Below are positions 1 through 10,016 of a DNA stretch of 64,000 nt, piece after piece. The stretch is from the NCBI GenBank assembly GCA_937880755.1, contig CALGRX010000017.1, positions 254,560 through 318,559 of the forward strand, in the 5' to 3' direction. This DNA comes from an uncultured Clostridia bacterium (GTDB lineage: Bacteria > Bacillota > Clostridia > Christensenellales > UBA3700). The notes under the pieces were generated by a model that was not told the origin of the DNA, ran no database searches, and worked only from the letters and a program-made list of their open reading frames with translations. The translations under genes and the position numbers were made by a program. The stretch's first letter is position 1. Every line of letters begins with the position of its first letter.

Positions 1-17
1 AATCGCCTAAGGCAAAG

Positions 18-416
18 TTGAAATATGCCACTTCTCCTCTTTGCTTTGGTCATTATAATTTTTCTGTCAAAAACGGTAGATTTACTATGATTGGTTGCGA
101 TTGCTACGACAACTTTTTTGATATGAGCCAAGACATAGAAAAGTATTGCGTTGCAATGACGGTGGTGGAAACGCTGGACAAGACCCAAATGGAAGGGCAA
201 TACGACCACGAGGTGTACGTACATAGTTTGCAGACCTTGCAAAGCCTAAAAAGTAGCGTGGAGAATAGCGGGGACGTGGCGAGAGAATTTTTGAAAAAGA
301 CCTTGGAGTTGTCGGGCTATAAATGCGACGTAAAGGATCTACGCTCTACTTATCACGTATTCGTAAGAGAGTTTGGCGTCAGACTCAATTCTTTAGAGAT
401 GTTAATCAATCTTTAA
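18..416 (+). CDS. hypothetical protein, possibly 5'-partial
   Basis: Track ORF starting at TTG 18. The same frame has no stop back to nt 3, so the gene may begin upstream of the window. No motif recognised. Confidence 0.4.
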   Translation: MKYATSPLCFGHYNFSVKNGRFTMIGCDCYDNFFDMSQDIEKYCVAMTVVETLDKTQMEGQYDHEVYVHSLQTLQSLKSSVENSGDVAREFLKKTLELSGYKCDVKDLRSTYHVFVREFGVRLNSLEMLINL

Positions 417-593
417 ACACATTTTATGAAATCGTAAAAGCAATTTTTACAATTTTTTCTATTTAATTAAAAATTATATAAATAAATCTTGAAAAAAATT
501 TTTTTTTCTTGTAAGATGTAGTTGTATAGTAATCTATATGACTTGAAGGCTATACGTAAAGAGAAAACAATGATTATATATAAGGAGGCAATT

Positions 594-3257
594 ATGGCAA
601 AATATGTTTACCTTTTCAAAGAGGCAGACGGAGACAACAAAGCGTTGTTCGGCGGTAAAGGCGCAAACCTTGCTAAGATGACGTCTTGGGGTATGCCCGT
701 ACCACAAGGCTTTACGATAACGACCGAAGCGTGCACCAAGTATTACGACGACGGGGAAACTATCGTAGACAGCGTGGTTGAAGAAATATTCGACGCGTTG
801 GCAAAGGTTGAGGCTGACGCAGGTAAGAAGTTCGGAGACGAAGAAAATCCATTTCTCGTATCGGTAAGAAGCGGTGCAAGAGCATCGATGCCGGGTATGA
901 TGGACACTATTCTTAATCTCGGACTCAACGACGTATCCGTAAAAGGTCTTGCCAAGAAGACCGGCAACCCAAGATTTGCTTACGACTGCTATAGAAGATT
1001 TATACAAATGTTCTCCGACGTAGTTATGGGCTCTTCTAAGTCGTCTTTTGAAAAGATTATCGACGAGCTAAAAGAGGCTAAGGGCGTAAAACTCGACACA
1101 GAGCTTACCGCTGAGGACTTGCAAGAGCTTATCGCTAAATTTAAGCAATTCTACAAAGAAGACCAAGGTCAAGAATTCCCTCAAGACCCTAAGGTGCAAC
1201 TTATCGAAGCAGTTAAGGCGGTGTTCCGTAGCTGGAACAACCCAAGAGCTATCGTATATCGTCGTATGAACGATATCCCCGGTAGCTGGGGTACTGCGGT
1301 AAACGTACAATCGATGGTGTTCGGTAATATGGGCGAGACCTCCGGTACCGGCGTTGCATTTACCAGAGACCCTTCGACGGGTGAAAAGAGATTGTACGGC
1401 GAATATCTTATGAACGCTCAAGGTGAGGACGTGGTTGCAGGTATCCGTACCCCAATGACTATCGATCACTTGGCTCAAACCAACAAAGCCGTATACGAGC
1501 AGTTCGTTGCCATTGCCAACAGACTAGAAAAAGAAAACAAAGATATGCAGGATATGGAATTTACCATCGAAGAGGGTAGACTCTATATGTTGCAAACCCG
1601 TAACGGTAAGCGTACCGCAAGAGCAGCTATCAAGATTGCTTGCGACCTCGTAGACGAGGGTATGATTACCGAAAAAGAAGCTTTGCTCAAGATTGAACCA
1701 AAACAACTCGACGCATTGCTCCACCCACAATTCAACGCCAAAGCATTGAAGAGCGCTAAGCCAATAGCTACCGGCTTGCCTGCTTCCCCTGGCGCCGCTT
1801 GCGGTAAGATTTCCTTCACCGCAGAAGAAGCAGTTGCAAGAGCTGCTGCTGGCGAAAAGGTAGTCTTGGTTAGGCTCGAGACCTCTCCTGAGGATATCGA
1901 AGGTATGTACGCAGCACAAGGCGTTTTGACTGCTCGTGGCGGTATGACCTCTCACGCAGCCGTAGTTGCTCGTGGTATGGGCGCTTGTTGCGTGGCAGGT
2001 TGCTCCAACCTCAAGATTGACGAAGAAAACAAGATTTTGTACATAGACGGCGCCAAATATACCACCGAGGATTACCTCTCTTTGGACGGCTCTACCGGTA
2101 ACGTTTACGGCACCAAGATAGATACCGAAGAGGCTAGCGTAAGCGGTGACTTCGCAAGAATTATGGAATGGTCCGACAAGTACAGAGCGCTCAAGGTAAG
2201 AACCAACGCCGACAACCCAACCGACGCTGCCGTTGCAGTTAAGTTCGGCGCGGAAGGTATAGGTCTTTGCCGTACCGAGCATATGTTCTTCGCCGAGGAT
2301 AGAATCCCGGCAATAAGAGAGATGATCGTGTCTAAGACGGAAGAAGCAAGAAGAAAGGCTCTCGCTAAACTCTTGCCAATGCAAAGAGAAGACTTCATAG
2401 GTATATACGAGGCTATGGCAGGCAGACCTGTTACTATCCGTTTCCTCGACCCACCTCTCCACGAGTTCGTGCCACACAAGGACGAAGAAATCCAAGAGCT
2501 TGCTAACAATATGGGTATGAGCTTCGAGGAACTCAAAGAAGTCGTTGACGGCTTGAAAGAGTTTAACCCAATGATGGGTCACCGTGGTTGCCGTCTCAGC
2601 GTAACTTATCCTGAGATTGCCGAGATGCAAACTCAAGCCGTTATCGAAGCCGCTATCGCAGTAGGCAAGAAAGGTATCAACGTAGTGCCTGAGATTATGA
2701 TTCCGCTCGTTGGCGAAGTCAAGGAATTGAAGTACGTCAAAGACGTGGTTGTCAAGACTGCAGAGAAAATCCTTGCCGACAACAATGCAACTATGGAATA
2801 CCATATCGGTACTATGATTGAAATACCAAGAGCAGCTTTGACCGCAGATGAAATCGCTAAAGAGGCTGAGTTCTTCTCCTTCGGTACTAACGACCTCACG
2901 CAGATGACTTTCGGCTTCTCGAGAGACGACGCGGGTAAGTTCCTTGGCGAATACTACGACAAGAAGATTTTTGAGTCCGACCCATTCGCAAAACTTGACC
3001 AAATCGGCGTAGGCAAACTCGTTAAGATTGCTATCGACGGTGGTAAATCAACTCGTCCTGATATCAAACTCGGTATCTGCGGTGAGCACGGCGGAGACCC
3101 TTCGACTATCGAATTTTGCCACAACGTAGGTCTCACTTACGTATCTTGCTCGCCTTACCGTGTGCCTATCGCTAGATTGGCTGCAGCTCAGGCAAATATC
3201 ATCAACCCAAGAATTAAACCTGAGGGCATGGCAACTAGATATTTGCAAGAAAACTAA
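594..3257 (+). CDS. ppdK: pyruvate, phosphate dikinase
   Basis: Track ORF 522..3257 trimmed to ATG 594, which has AGGAGG 5 nt upstream; MAKYVYLFKEADG is a typical PPDK N-terminus. Phospho-His motif GGMTSHAAVVARG and C-terminal motif GICGEHGGDP are present. Confidence 0.95.
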   Translation: MAKYVYLFKEADGDNKALFGGKGANLAKMTSWGMPVPQGFTITTEACTKYYDDGETIVDSVVEEIFDALAKVEADAGKKFGDEENPFLVSVRSGARASMPGMMDTILNLGLNDVSVKGLAKKTGNPRFAYDCYRRFIQMFSDVVMGSSKSSFEKIIDELKEAKGVKLDTELTAEDLQELIAKFKQFYKEDQGQEFPQDPKVQLIEAVKAVFRSWNNPRAIVYRRMNDIPGSWGTAVNVQSMVFGNMGETSGTGVAFTRDPSTGEKRLYGEYLMNAQGEDVVAGIRTPMTIDHLAQTNKAVYEQFVAIANRLEKENKDMQDMEFTIEEGRLYMLQTRNGKRTARAAIKIACDLVDEGMITEKEALLKIEPKQLDALLHPQFNAKALKSAKPIATGLPASPGAACGKISFTAEEAVARAAAGEKVVLVRLETSPEDIEGMYAAQGVLTARGGMTSHAAVVARGMGACCVAGCSNLKIDEENKILYIDGAKYTTEDYLSLDGSTGNVYGTKIDTEEASVSGDFARIMEWSDKYRALKVRTNADNPTDAAVAVKFGAEGIGLCRTEHMFFAEDRIPAIREMIVSKTEEARRKALAKLLPMQREDFIGIYEAMAGRPVTIRFLDPPLHEFVPHKDEEIQELANNMGMSFEELKEVVDGLKEFNPMMGHRGCRLSVTYPEIAEMQTQAVIEAAIAVGKKGINVVPEIMIPLVGEVKELKYVKDVVVKTAEKILADNNATMEYHIGTMIEIPRAALTADEIAKEAEFFSFGTNDLTQMTFGFSRDDAGKFLGEYYDKKIFESDPFAKLDQIGVGKLVKIAIDGGKSTRPDIKLGICGEHGGDPSTIEFCHNVGLTYVSCSPYRVPIARLAAAQANIINPRIKPEGMATRYLQEN

Positions 3258-3284
3258 ATACAGGTCGACAAAACCGTAAAAATC

Positions 3285-3317
3285 AAAAACCGAAACTCTT
3301 TCGAGTTTCGGTTTTTT
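3285..3317 (+). terminator. rho-independent terminator after ppdK
   Basis: Stem aaccgaaactc / gagtttcggtt with loop tttc, followed by a T run. Confidence 0.8.
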
Positions 3318-3336
3318 GATGGGTTAAGTTGGCTTT

Positions 3337-3455
3337 GAGATTGGCACAGTATTGCAAGCAATACTCTTTGCTAACGCAAAATGTATACAGCGCAATAACA
3401 ATGTGATATTGATTGACAATGGGTACGATGACATAACAATATTGTCTACGCTCCA
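3337..3455. repeat. copy of the modular hairpin repeat family also found at 12.9 and 14.7-15.1 kb
   Basis: gagatt + hairpin agtattgc-aa-gcaatact + ctttgctaacgcaaaatg..cagc(g)caat(a)aca + tctacgctcc. The same module order occurs at 14742-14835, with compensatory stem changes (ggcttgc-aa-gcaagcc). Confidence 0.6.
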
Positions 3456-3490
3456 ACCTAACGACAGATAAGAATATCTAAATTACATTG

Positions 3491-5758
3491 TTAGTTACTT
3501 GCTTTTGGCTTTTTGATGCGGTTGAGGGCGCGGTTGAGGGATAGTAAATCTTCTTTGGAGAAGGACACGTTGAGCATACCCATCATACCCGTGAGGCGTA
3601 GTACGGTAAAGCCACCCACCATTTTGAGCATATCGCCGTTCATTTTAAAAGCGGGGTTGCCTTCTTGCGAACTAGGCTTTGACTTGTTAGCCAAGTTGAT
3701 TTTTCGCTTGACTTTGATGCCGAAACCTATTGCCCACAGCTTGCCCATAAAGGTCGAGAGAATATCAGAAAACTTGTCGTTGAGAGAAAATCTTCCCTCG
3801 GGAGCTTCGACGTCAAACCAATTGAGGACGGCGTTTTTCTCTTTAAGAATATAATCGTCATTGAACTTGTCTACCTTGCGGATAGTAGCCGTATCGCGAC
3901 AGTCGCCGGCTTTTGCCTCGATAGTGCTCGTCCCCTTGTTGTCAACGGTAAAGCGGAAGATATGGTCGGTGGACTTTTGGCTACCGACGGGCATGCCGTT
4001 GACGAACAACTGCACCTCGTCCATATTGGAATAGACCTTGACCTGTGTCTTGTCTTCCACTCTGTCCACGTAGCGTTTGGAGCATATATGCACGAATTTT
4101 TCCTCCGATAGCCACGCCTTGTAGATATAGAAAGAATCCTTTTTGTAGGAGCGGTCGAAGGTGACTAGTCCCTTGTGATTTTGTCCGTTTTCTCCGCCTT
4201 CCGCGCGAGCGTCTGCGCCAAAGTCAAACATATTCCATACGTGCGTCGCCCAAATATAAGGACGGAAGAAGAGTTGCTTGATGAGTTCTTCGTGATAGTA
4301 GGCTTGGTACTCTTCGGTGTAGTCGCCTTGCGTTGGATTGGAATTATGCCAATTGAGTGCTTCGCAACCGTATTCGCTACACCCGATAGGGATATCGGGA
4401 TATTTAGCGTGGAATTTGTCAAACCAAGGTCCGTTCATATCCACGTCGCCACCGTACCAACCGAAGTAGTGATTGTATGATATGGCGTCGGGTATCTTGA
4501 TATACTCGCTGTCAATACTGCACATTGATACTACCGCAACCACGGTGGAGCGGGTTGGATCGAGAGAGTGGGCTAATTCGTTGAGTGCGCGATGATTGTC
4601 TATCATATCTTGCGACTCGCCCGACATAGTTATCTCGTTGGACAGTCCCCAAACCACGATAGACGGGTGGTTGTAATTTTGAACGATGAGCTCTTGCATT
4701 TGACTGAGAGTATTGGGCATACCCGAAGGCATATGGTTGGATATATAAGGTATCTCCGCCCAAACTATCATACCTCTCTCGTCGCATAGGTCGTAGAAGA
4801 ACTCGTCGTGTTGATAGTGCGCGAGACGAATAGTGTTGGCTCCCACCTCGCATATGAGATCCATATCTTCAATATGGTGCTCCTTCGTCAACGCGTTGCC
4901 GACGCCGAGCCTATCTTGGTGCCTCGATACGCCGTGCAAAGGATAGGACTTGCCGTTGAGGAAAAAGCCTTGCTCGGGATCGATGCGGAAAGTCCTTATA
5001 CCGAAACGGGTGGATATTTCGTCTAGGGTTTTGCCGTCTTGTACGAGCTTTGCCGTGGCGGTATATAGATACGGGTCGACCGTGCCGTGCCAAAGACGAG
5101 GATTGTCTAGCCCAAAACTTACGCTATCTTCTTTGGACTTGGTTGAGGCGACCTCATTGCCTTCCTTATCAAAAATCGTGTAGTGAATACTTTGAGAGGG
5201 CTTACGATTGGTGATAAAGACGTGAACGTCGATAGTCGCCTTGTCGCCTTGCATCTCAGGCGTTACGGCAATGCCCGGACCGCCGTAGTAGTCGAGGTCA
5301 AAGTGAGAGCTTGACACGGCTATTAGGTTGACGTCACGGTATAGCCCGCCGTAGAAAGTAAAGTCTGCCATTTGCGGATAGACCTTATCGCTCGGCGAGT
5401 TGTCTACGACTATTTGGAGCAAAGAATTATCTTGCAAATAGTCGGTTACGTCGGCTCTAAAAGTAGAATAGCCACCGTCGTGAGATACTACCTTTTTGCC
5501 GTCGATATACACCGTGGCGGAAGAGTTGGCACCCTTGACTTCGATATAATATCTATCGGCTTGAGGAAGGTCGGACTTGGTGATAGTCTTGAAATAGCTG
5601 CATGCCCCGCGATAGTAATCGTTGCCACCGTCTTGACCGTCGGTCGCGTTCCAAGTATGAGGCAAGTTGACGGCTTGAGCGTCGCTCGGTACGCTTATTA
5701 CGGCGCCGTCTTGTTTGATAAATTGCCAATTGTCGTTGATATTGATAATTTTTCTCAT
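3491..5758 (-). CDS. glycoside hydrolase family 2; candidate beta-glucuronidase by context
   Basis: Track ORF 3491..5851 trimmed to ATG 5758 (MRKIININDNWQF), because the longer start overlaps the transporter stop at 5760. GH2 motifs seen: acid/base WGLSNE, nucleophile CSEYGCE, and an N-x-K motif (NHKGLVTFDR) resembling E. coli GUS GGNKKGIFTRDR. Confidence 0.8.
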   Translation of the reverse strand: MRKIININDNWQFIKQDGAVISVPSDAQAVNLPHTWNATDGQDGGNDYYRGACSYFKTITKSDLPQADRYYIEVKGANSSATVYIDGKKVVSHDGGYSTFRADVTDYLQDNSLLQIVVDNSPSDKVYPQMADFTFYGGLYRDVNLIAVSSSHFDLDYYGGPGIAVTPEMQGDKATIDVHVFITNRKPSQSIHYTIFDKEGNEVASTKSKEDSVSFGLDNPRLWHGTVDPYLYTATAKLVQDGKTLDEISTRFGIRTFRIDPEQGFFLNGKSYPLHGVSRHQDRLGVGNALTKEHHIEDMDLICEVGANTIRLAHYQHDEFFYDLCDERGMIVWAEIPYISNHMPSGMPNTLSQMQELIVQNYNHPSIVVWGLSNEITMSGESQDMIDNHRALNELAHSLDPTRSTVVAVVSMCSIDSEYIKIPDAISYNHYFGWYGGDVDMNGPWFDKFHAKYPDIPIGCSEYGCEALNWHNSNPTQGDYTEEYQAYYHEELIKQLFFRPYIWATHVWNMFDFGADARAEGGENGQNHKGLVTFDRSYKKDSFYIYKAWLSEEKFVHICSKRYVDRVEDKTQVKVYSNMDEVQLFVNGMPVGSQKSTDHIFRFTVDNKGTSTIEAKAGDCRDTATIRKVDKFNDDYILKEKNAVLNWFDVEAPEGRFSLNDKFSDILSTFMGKLWAIGFGIKVKRKINLANKSKPSSQEGNPAFKMNGDMLKMVGGFTVLRLTGMMGMLNVSFSKEDLLSLNRALNRIKKPKASN

Positions 5759-5759
5759 A

Positions 5760-7343
5760 TTATTCTCCGTTGGTTTTGTTGTCGTTGTCACTATTCGTGC
5801 TTTCGTTGGAAGAGTCGGTTGCTTGGTCGTCTTCGATATGCGTTTTGTCAATGCTAAGGTCGTTTAGGTTTTCGTAGTCAACGACGTTTTCGTCAATGAC
5901 CGACTCTACGCCTTTGGCGAGAGAATCGTCCACTTTGCTATTGTTAGAGTGCTTTTCTTTGAGTGTTGCCACGTTGCGTTCCACTTGCTTTTTGTGCAAA
6001 GGATACCACAACAAAAGCACGAGCCCTAGTACGAGAAAACCGAATGCGGGAAGTAGGGTAGCTATGGCAAATATTCCGTCTTTGACGTTAGGGTCGAATG
6101 CCGTAGCCGAGGTGTAACCTATGAGCGAGAGCAGCCCGCCGGTAAGACCCGCCGAAGCTGCCTGACCAAGCTTGCGGGCAAAGGAATAGAGAGCGTAGAC
6201 GCTACCGTCCTCTCGTATGCCGTTGACGATCTCCGCGTGGTCTATGACGTCGGTGATGAGTGCCCACGATATCATCGAGAAGAGTCCCAGACCCAACCAA
6301 CATATCGCTTGCAAAACAGTAAATATCCACACGTTTTGAGGCTTGATGAAGAAGGTGAGAAAACTGATGAATGCTGCGAAAAAACTCGATACGTATCCGA
6401 TTTCCGCTTTGCCGAAGCGTTTGGCAAGAGGTTTGGCGAGTATGCCCGATATTATCATACCGAGTGCCATTACCAAGAAGGACATCGATTGCATTGCCGC
6501 GTTGTTGTAATAGTTGGGGTAGACGTAGTTAGCCATAGTTTGCATAGTGAGTTGGGCAAGCAACATAAATATCGAGGCAACTATTATTGATATAAGAGCG
6601 CGGTTTTTGAAGGCGTTGGACAGCATCTTGCGAACCGAGTTGTTGAGGAATACGTCCTCTTTGACCTCGGGTTGAACTCTCTCGGTGGTGAGCGCAAAGC
6701 ATAGAGCGTAGCACAGTACCGCAAGCACGGAGAATACTCCCGCAACGATTGTAAATCTTCCGCCGTTCATCACGTCTACTTCGACGCCGTTTTGGATAAC
6801 TTTGTCGTACACTATGAGAGGTACGCCCACCGAAACGATTGCTCCTGCGAACATTCCGCCCATGGTACGGAAGGTGGATAGCGATTGTCTATCCCCCGGT
6901 TCTGCAGAGATTGCCGAAGCCATCGAGCCGTAAGGTATATTGATAGAAGTATAGAACACCGACCCCCATAGTATATAGGTGATAAATAACCATATTATTT
7001 TGAAAGTCATGCTTGCAGACGCGAGCGAGCTTTGGTACATCAAAAAGGACGCTATTGCCACCGGACCGCACATTCGCAGCAGCCACGGCTTGAATTTGCC
7101 CGATTTGGTAACCTTGCTTCTATCGCATATTCTACCCATAGCAACGTCAGTCACCGAGTCGACGAAACGTGCCGTCATCATAACGATGCCTACCACGCCT
7201 GCCGCTACGCCCATTACGTCGGTATAAAACTTGAGCAAAAAAGACGATGAAAGAATGAAGGTAAAGTCGTTGCCGAAGTCGCCGAAAAGATAGCCTATCT
7301 TGTCCCTGATGCCGAAGGGACGAACGATTTTTTCTTTTCTCAT
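5760..7343 (-). CDS. glycoside-pentoside-hexuronide (GPH):cation symporter, MelB/UidB-like
   Basis: About 12 hydrophobic segments and a GPH-type N-terminus (GYLFGDFGNDFTF). Sits 1 nt upstream of the GH2 start. Carries an acidic low-complexity C-terminal tail of about 70 aa. Confidence 0.8.
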   Translation of the reverse strand: MRKEKIVRPFGIRDKIGYLFGDFGNDFTFILSSSFLLKFYTDVMGVAAGVVGIVMMTARFVDSVTDVAMGRICDRSKVTKSGKFKPWLLRMCGPVAIASFLMYQSSLASASMTFKIIWLFITYILWGSVFYTSINIPYGSMASAISAEPGDRQSLSTFRTMGGMFAGAIVSVGVPLIVYDKVIQNGVEVDVMNGGRFTIVAGVFSVLAVLCYALCFALTTERVQPEVKEDVFLNNSVRKMLSNAFKNRALISIIVASIFMLLAQLTMQTMANYVYPNYYNNAAMQSMSFLVMALGMIISGILAKPLAKRFGKAEIGYVSSFFAAFISFLTFFIKPQNVWIFTVLQAICWLGLGLFSMISWALITDVIDHAEIVNGIREDGSVYALYSFARKLGQAASAGLTGGLLSLIGYTSATAFDPNVKDGIFAIATLLPAFGFLVLGLVLLLWYPLHKKQVERNVATLKEKHSNNSKVDDSLAKGVESVIDENVVDYENLNDLSIDKTHIEDDQATDSSNESTNSDNDNKTNGE

Positions 7344-7524
7344 TGATTGCCTCCTAGAATTTGTTAGACAAAAAAAGTGTGTCCAACCTATTAGAAGTTA
7401 AACCCTTGACAAGTAAATTTGAGAAAAAAGCAAAAATTGTAAACAATAACGGCTTAGCCATTATAAAAGCTGATAAAATTGAAAAACTATATGTGAGAAA
7501 ATGCTAGGAACAGATACGAATTTT

Positions 7525-7540
7525 GTCGATACGTATCGAG
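7525..7540. promoter_or_regulatory. 16-bp palindromic site (gtcgatacgtatcgag), candidate operator 24 nt upstream of uxaC
   Basis: The core tcgatacgtatcga is a perfect 14-bp palindrome with a central CG, followed by T7. Near-identical copies lie at 25145-25160 and 31273-31288. Confidence 0.45.
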
Positions 7541-7563
7541 TTTTTTTATAAAAAGAGGGAAAT

Positions 7564-8973
7564 ATGAAGGGGTTTTTGGACAAGGACTTTTTGCTGAATA
7601 GCAATACGGCTAAAAGGCTTTTTGATGACTACGCTAGCAAAATGCCGATAATTGACTATCATTGCCACCTAAGCGCCAAGGATATTGCCGAGGATAAGAG
7701 CTACGACGATATAGCTAAGGTTTGGCTCGGTCACGACCACTACAAGTGGCGATTGATGAGAAACAACGGCGTGGACGAGTATTATATCACGGGAGGCGCT
7801 AGCGATAGAGAAAAATGGTACAAGTGGGTCGAGAGTTTGCAAAGAGCCGTGGGCAATCCGCTATATAGTTGGTGCCATATGGAACTGAAAAATTATTTCG
7901 GATACGATAAGCCTTTGACTATGCAGAGCGCGGACGAGGCGTGGAACTTTTGTAATCAAAAGTTGGCAAGCGGGCTCGGCGTAAGAAAGATGATAGAGAT
8001 GAGCAACGTCGAGTTTATCGGTACGACCGACGACCCTATAGACGACCTGACTTGGCATAAAAAATTGGCGGCGGACGATACTCTAAAAGTCAAAGTCGTT
8101 CCTACGTTCCGACCCGACAGAGCGTTGAATATCGACAAGCAAGATTGGAAACAATATATAAAAGAACTGTCGCGATTGAGCGAAATCGATATAGTCGACT
8201 TGGCAAGTCTAGAGCTGGCGCTACAAAGAAGAATGGACGCCTTTGACGAGCTTGGGTGTAGGTCGAGCGACCACGGACTAGATTGCGTGCCAAACGCTGA
8301 CGGGAAAGCCAATTTGGCAAGAAGGGTTTTTTGCAAAGCTATGGCGGGCGAGGAAATAGGAAAATCGGAGCAAGACTCTTACAAGACTTACCTATTGACT
8401 TGGTGCGCCGAACAATACGCCAAGAGGGGCTGGGTGATGCAGCTGCACTGCAACTGTATGCGCAACCCTAATACGACTGCATATAGAAGCTTGGGCGCGG
8501 ACAGCGGATTTGACTGTATACTGCCGTCGGTGAACGGTGTCGCTTTGCAAAGACTGCTAGATAAGCTTGAGAGTAAAAACGCATTGCCTAAGACTATCTT
8601 GTATAGCCTAGATAGCAACGACGACGCATTCTTGGACGTGTTGGCGGGAGCTTTTCAAAGTAGCGAGGCACGGGGAAAAATACAGCACGGCGGAGCATGG
8701 TGGTTCAACGACCATAAGCAAGGTATAAAGAAGCACTTGTCTTCGTTATCTTCGGTGGGTGTGCTCGGCAACTTCGTGGGAATGTTGACCGACAGCAGAA
8801 GCTTTTTGAGTTTCGTTAGACACGAATACTTTAGAAGAATTTTGTGCGACTACTTAGGCGAGCTAGTAGAAAAAGGCGAATATCCTTGCGATATAGGTTG
8901 TCTTGGAAGCCTCGTCGAGGATATTTGCTACAATAACGCAAAAAAATACTTTGGTATCGGAGAGGGAATATGA
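7564..8973 (+). CDS. uxaC: glucuronate isomerase
   Basis: N-terminus MKGFLDKDFLL..IIDYHCHL is characteristic; length 469 aa; followed by uxuA. Confidence 0.95.
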   Translation: MKGFLDKDFLLNSNTAKRLFDDYASKMPIIDYHCHLSAKDIAEDKSYDDIAKVWLGHDHYKWRLMRNNGVDEYYITGGASDREKWYKWVESLQRAVGNPLYSWCHMELKNYFGYDKPLTMQSADEAWNFCNQKLASGLGVRKMIEMSNVEFIGTTDDPIDDLTWHKKLAADDTLKVKVVPTFRPDRALNIDKQDWKQYIKELSRLSEIDIVDLASLELALQRRMDAFDELGCRSSDHGLDCVPNADGKANLARRVFCKAMAGEEIGKSEQDSYKTYLLTWCAEQYAKRGWVMQLHCNCMRNPNTTAYRSLGADSGFDCILPSVNGVALQRLLDKLESKNALPKTILYSLDSNDDAFLDVLAGAFQSSEARGKIQHGGAWWFNDHKQGIKKHLSSLSSVGVLGNFVGMLTDSRSFLSFVRHEYFRRILCDYLGELVEKGEYPCDIGCLGSLVEDICYNNAKKYFGIGEGI

Positions 8974-10016
8974 AAATGTCATTTAGGTGGTACGGGCAAG
9001 ACGACCCCGTAACACTCGATAAAATACGACAAATACCTAATATGAGGTCGATTGTGTCGGCGGTGTACGACGTCAAAGTCGGTGAGCTTTGGCCGATGAG
9101 TAGCCTGGAAAATATAAAAGCGCGGTGTGAGAGTAACGGCTTGATTTTCGACGTGGTGGAGTCTATCCCCGTGCACGAAAATATAAAACTAGGAGATAAC
9201 GCCGACGCTTTGATAGACAATTATTGTGAAAATATCAAAAGGTGCGCCAAAGTCGGCGTCAAGTGCGTGACTTACAACTTTATGCCCGTGTTCGATTGGA
9301 CTCGCACGCAACTTGACAAGGTTGCGGAGGACGGCTCGACGAGCCTTGTCACCTACACCGAGCAGCTTGAAGGGATAGACCCGCTAAAAGACGACGTGCA
9401 TTTGCCGGGGTGGGATAGCAGTTATAGCCAAGACGAGGTGAGAGGGCTGATAGAAAAGTACCAAAAACTCGGCGCGGAAGGCTTATGGAAAAACCTTGAA
9501 ATCTTCTTAAAACGCATCATTCCCGTGGCGGAGGAATTTGGTGTCAAAATGGCAATTCATCCCGATGACCCGCCTTATTCGATATTCGGTATACCGCGGA
9601 TAATAACCGACGAAAGGGCTTTGGATAGGTTGCTTGGCATAGTGGAGAGCCCTAGTAATTGCTTGTGTCTGTGTACGGGCTCGCTGGGTTGCGTGGCGAC
9701 CAACGATATGGCAAAACTAGCGAAAAAGTACGCCGAGCAAGGCAAAATTGCATTCGTTCATTTGCGCAACGTGGCGATATTGGATAGAGGGTCTTTTGAA
9801 GAAAGAGCGCATCTGTCAAGCTGTGGCTCTCTCGATATGTACGAGATTGTCAAAGCGTTGGTGACGGGCGGTTTCGACGGTTACGTGCGCCCCGACCACG
9901 GCAGAATGATATGGGGAGAAGAGGGAAGACCGGGGTACGGACTATTTGATAGAGCGTTGGGAGCAACGTATATCAACGGCTTGTTCGAGGCGTTGGAAAA
10001 GGAGTATAGACAATGA
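8970..10016 (+). CDS. uxuA: mannonate dehydratase
   Basis: MKMSFRWYG N-terminus; 348 aa; 4-nt overlap with the uxaC stop. Confidence 0.93.
   Translation: MKMSFRWYGQDDPVTLDKIRQIPNMRSIVSAVYDVKVGELWPMSSLENIKARCESNGLIFDVVESIPVHENIKLGDNADALIDNYCENIKRCAKVGVKCVTYNFMPVFDWTRTQLDKVAEDGSTSLVTYTEQLEGIDPLKDDVHLPGWDSSYSQDEVRGLIEKYQKLGAEGLWKNLEIFLKRIIPVAEEFGVKMAIHPDDPPYSIFGIPRIITDERALDRLLGIVESPSNCLCLCTGSLGCVATNDMAKLAKKYAEQGKIAFVHLRNVAILDRGSFEERAHLSSCGSLDMYEIVKALVTGGFDGYVRPDHGRMIWGEEGRPGYGLFDRALGATYINGLFEALEKEYRQ

Noticed and set aside
1524-3002. 492-aa antisense ORF (and several shorter ones) inside ppdK
   Set aside because: It lies opposite a gene with unmistakable PPDK motifs. Its translation is low-complexity and has no motif or RBS. 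The same reasoning applies to the long antisense ORFs in clpC (19036..20142), ackA (56347..57396), dinB (12996..13973), kdgK (11399..12235) and smc.
5759-5851. The longer GH2 start at 5851
   Set aside because: It would overlap the last 31 codons of the upstream symporter gene. The extension (MTKRISKTTKQPTLPTKARIV..) is low-complexity, and ATG 5758 gives the normal GH2 N-terminus.
7526-7547. The tcgatacgtatcga + T7 upstream of uxaC acting as an intrinsic terminator
   Set aside because: The stem would be only about 5 bp around a 4-nt loop. Sister copies of the palindrome lack a T run, so an operator or dispersed-palindrome reading is preferred.
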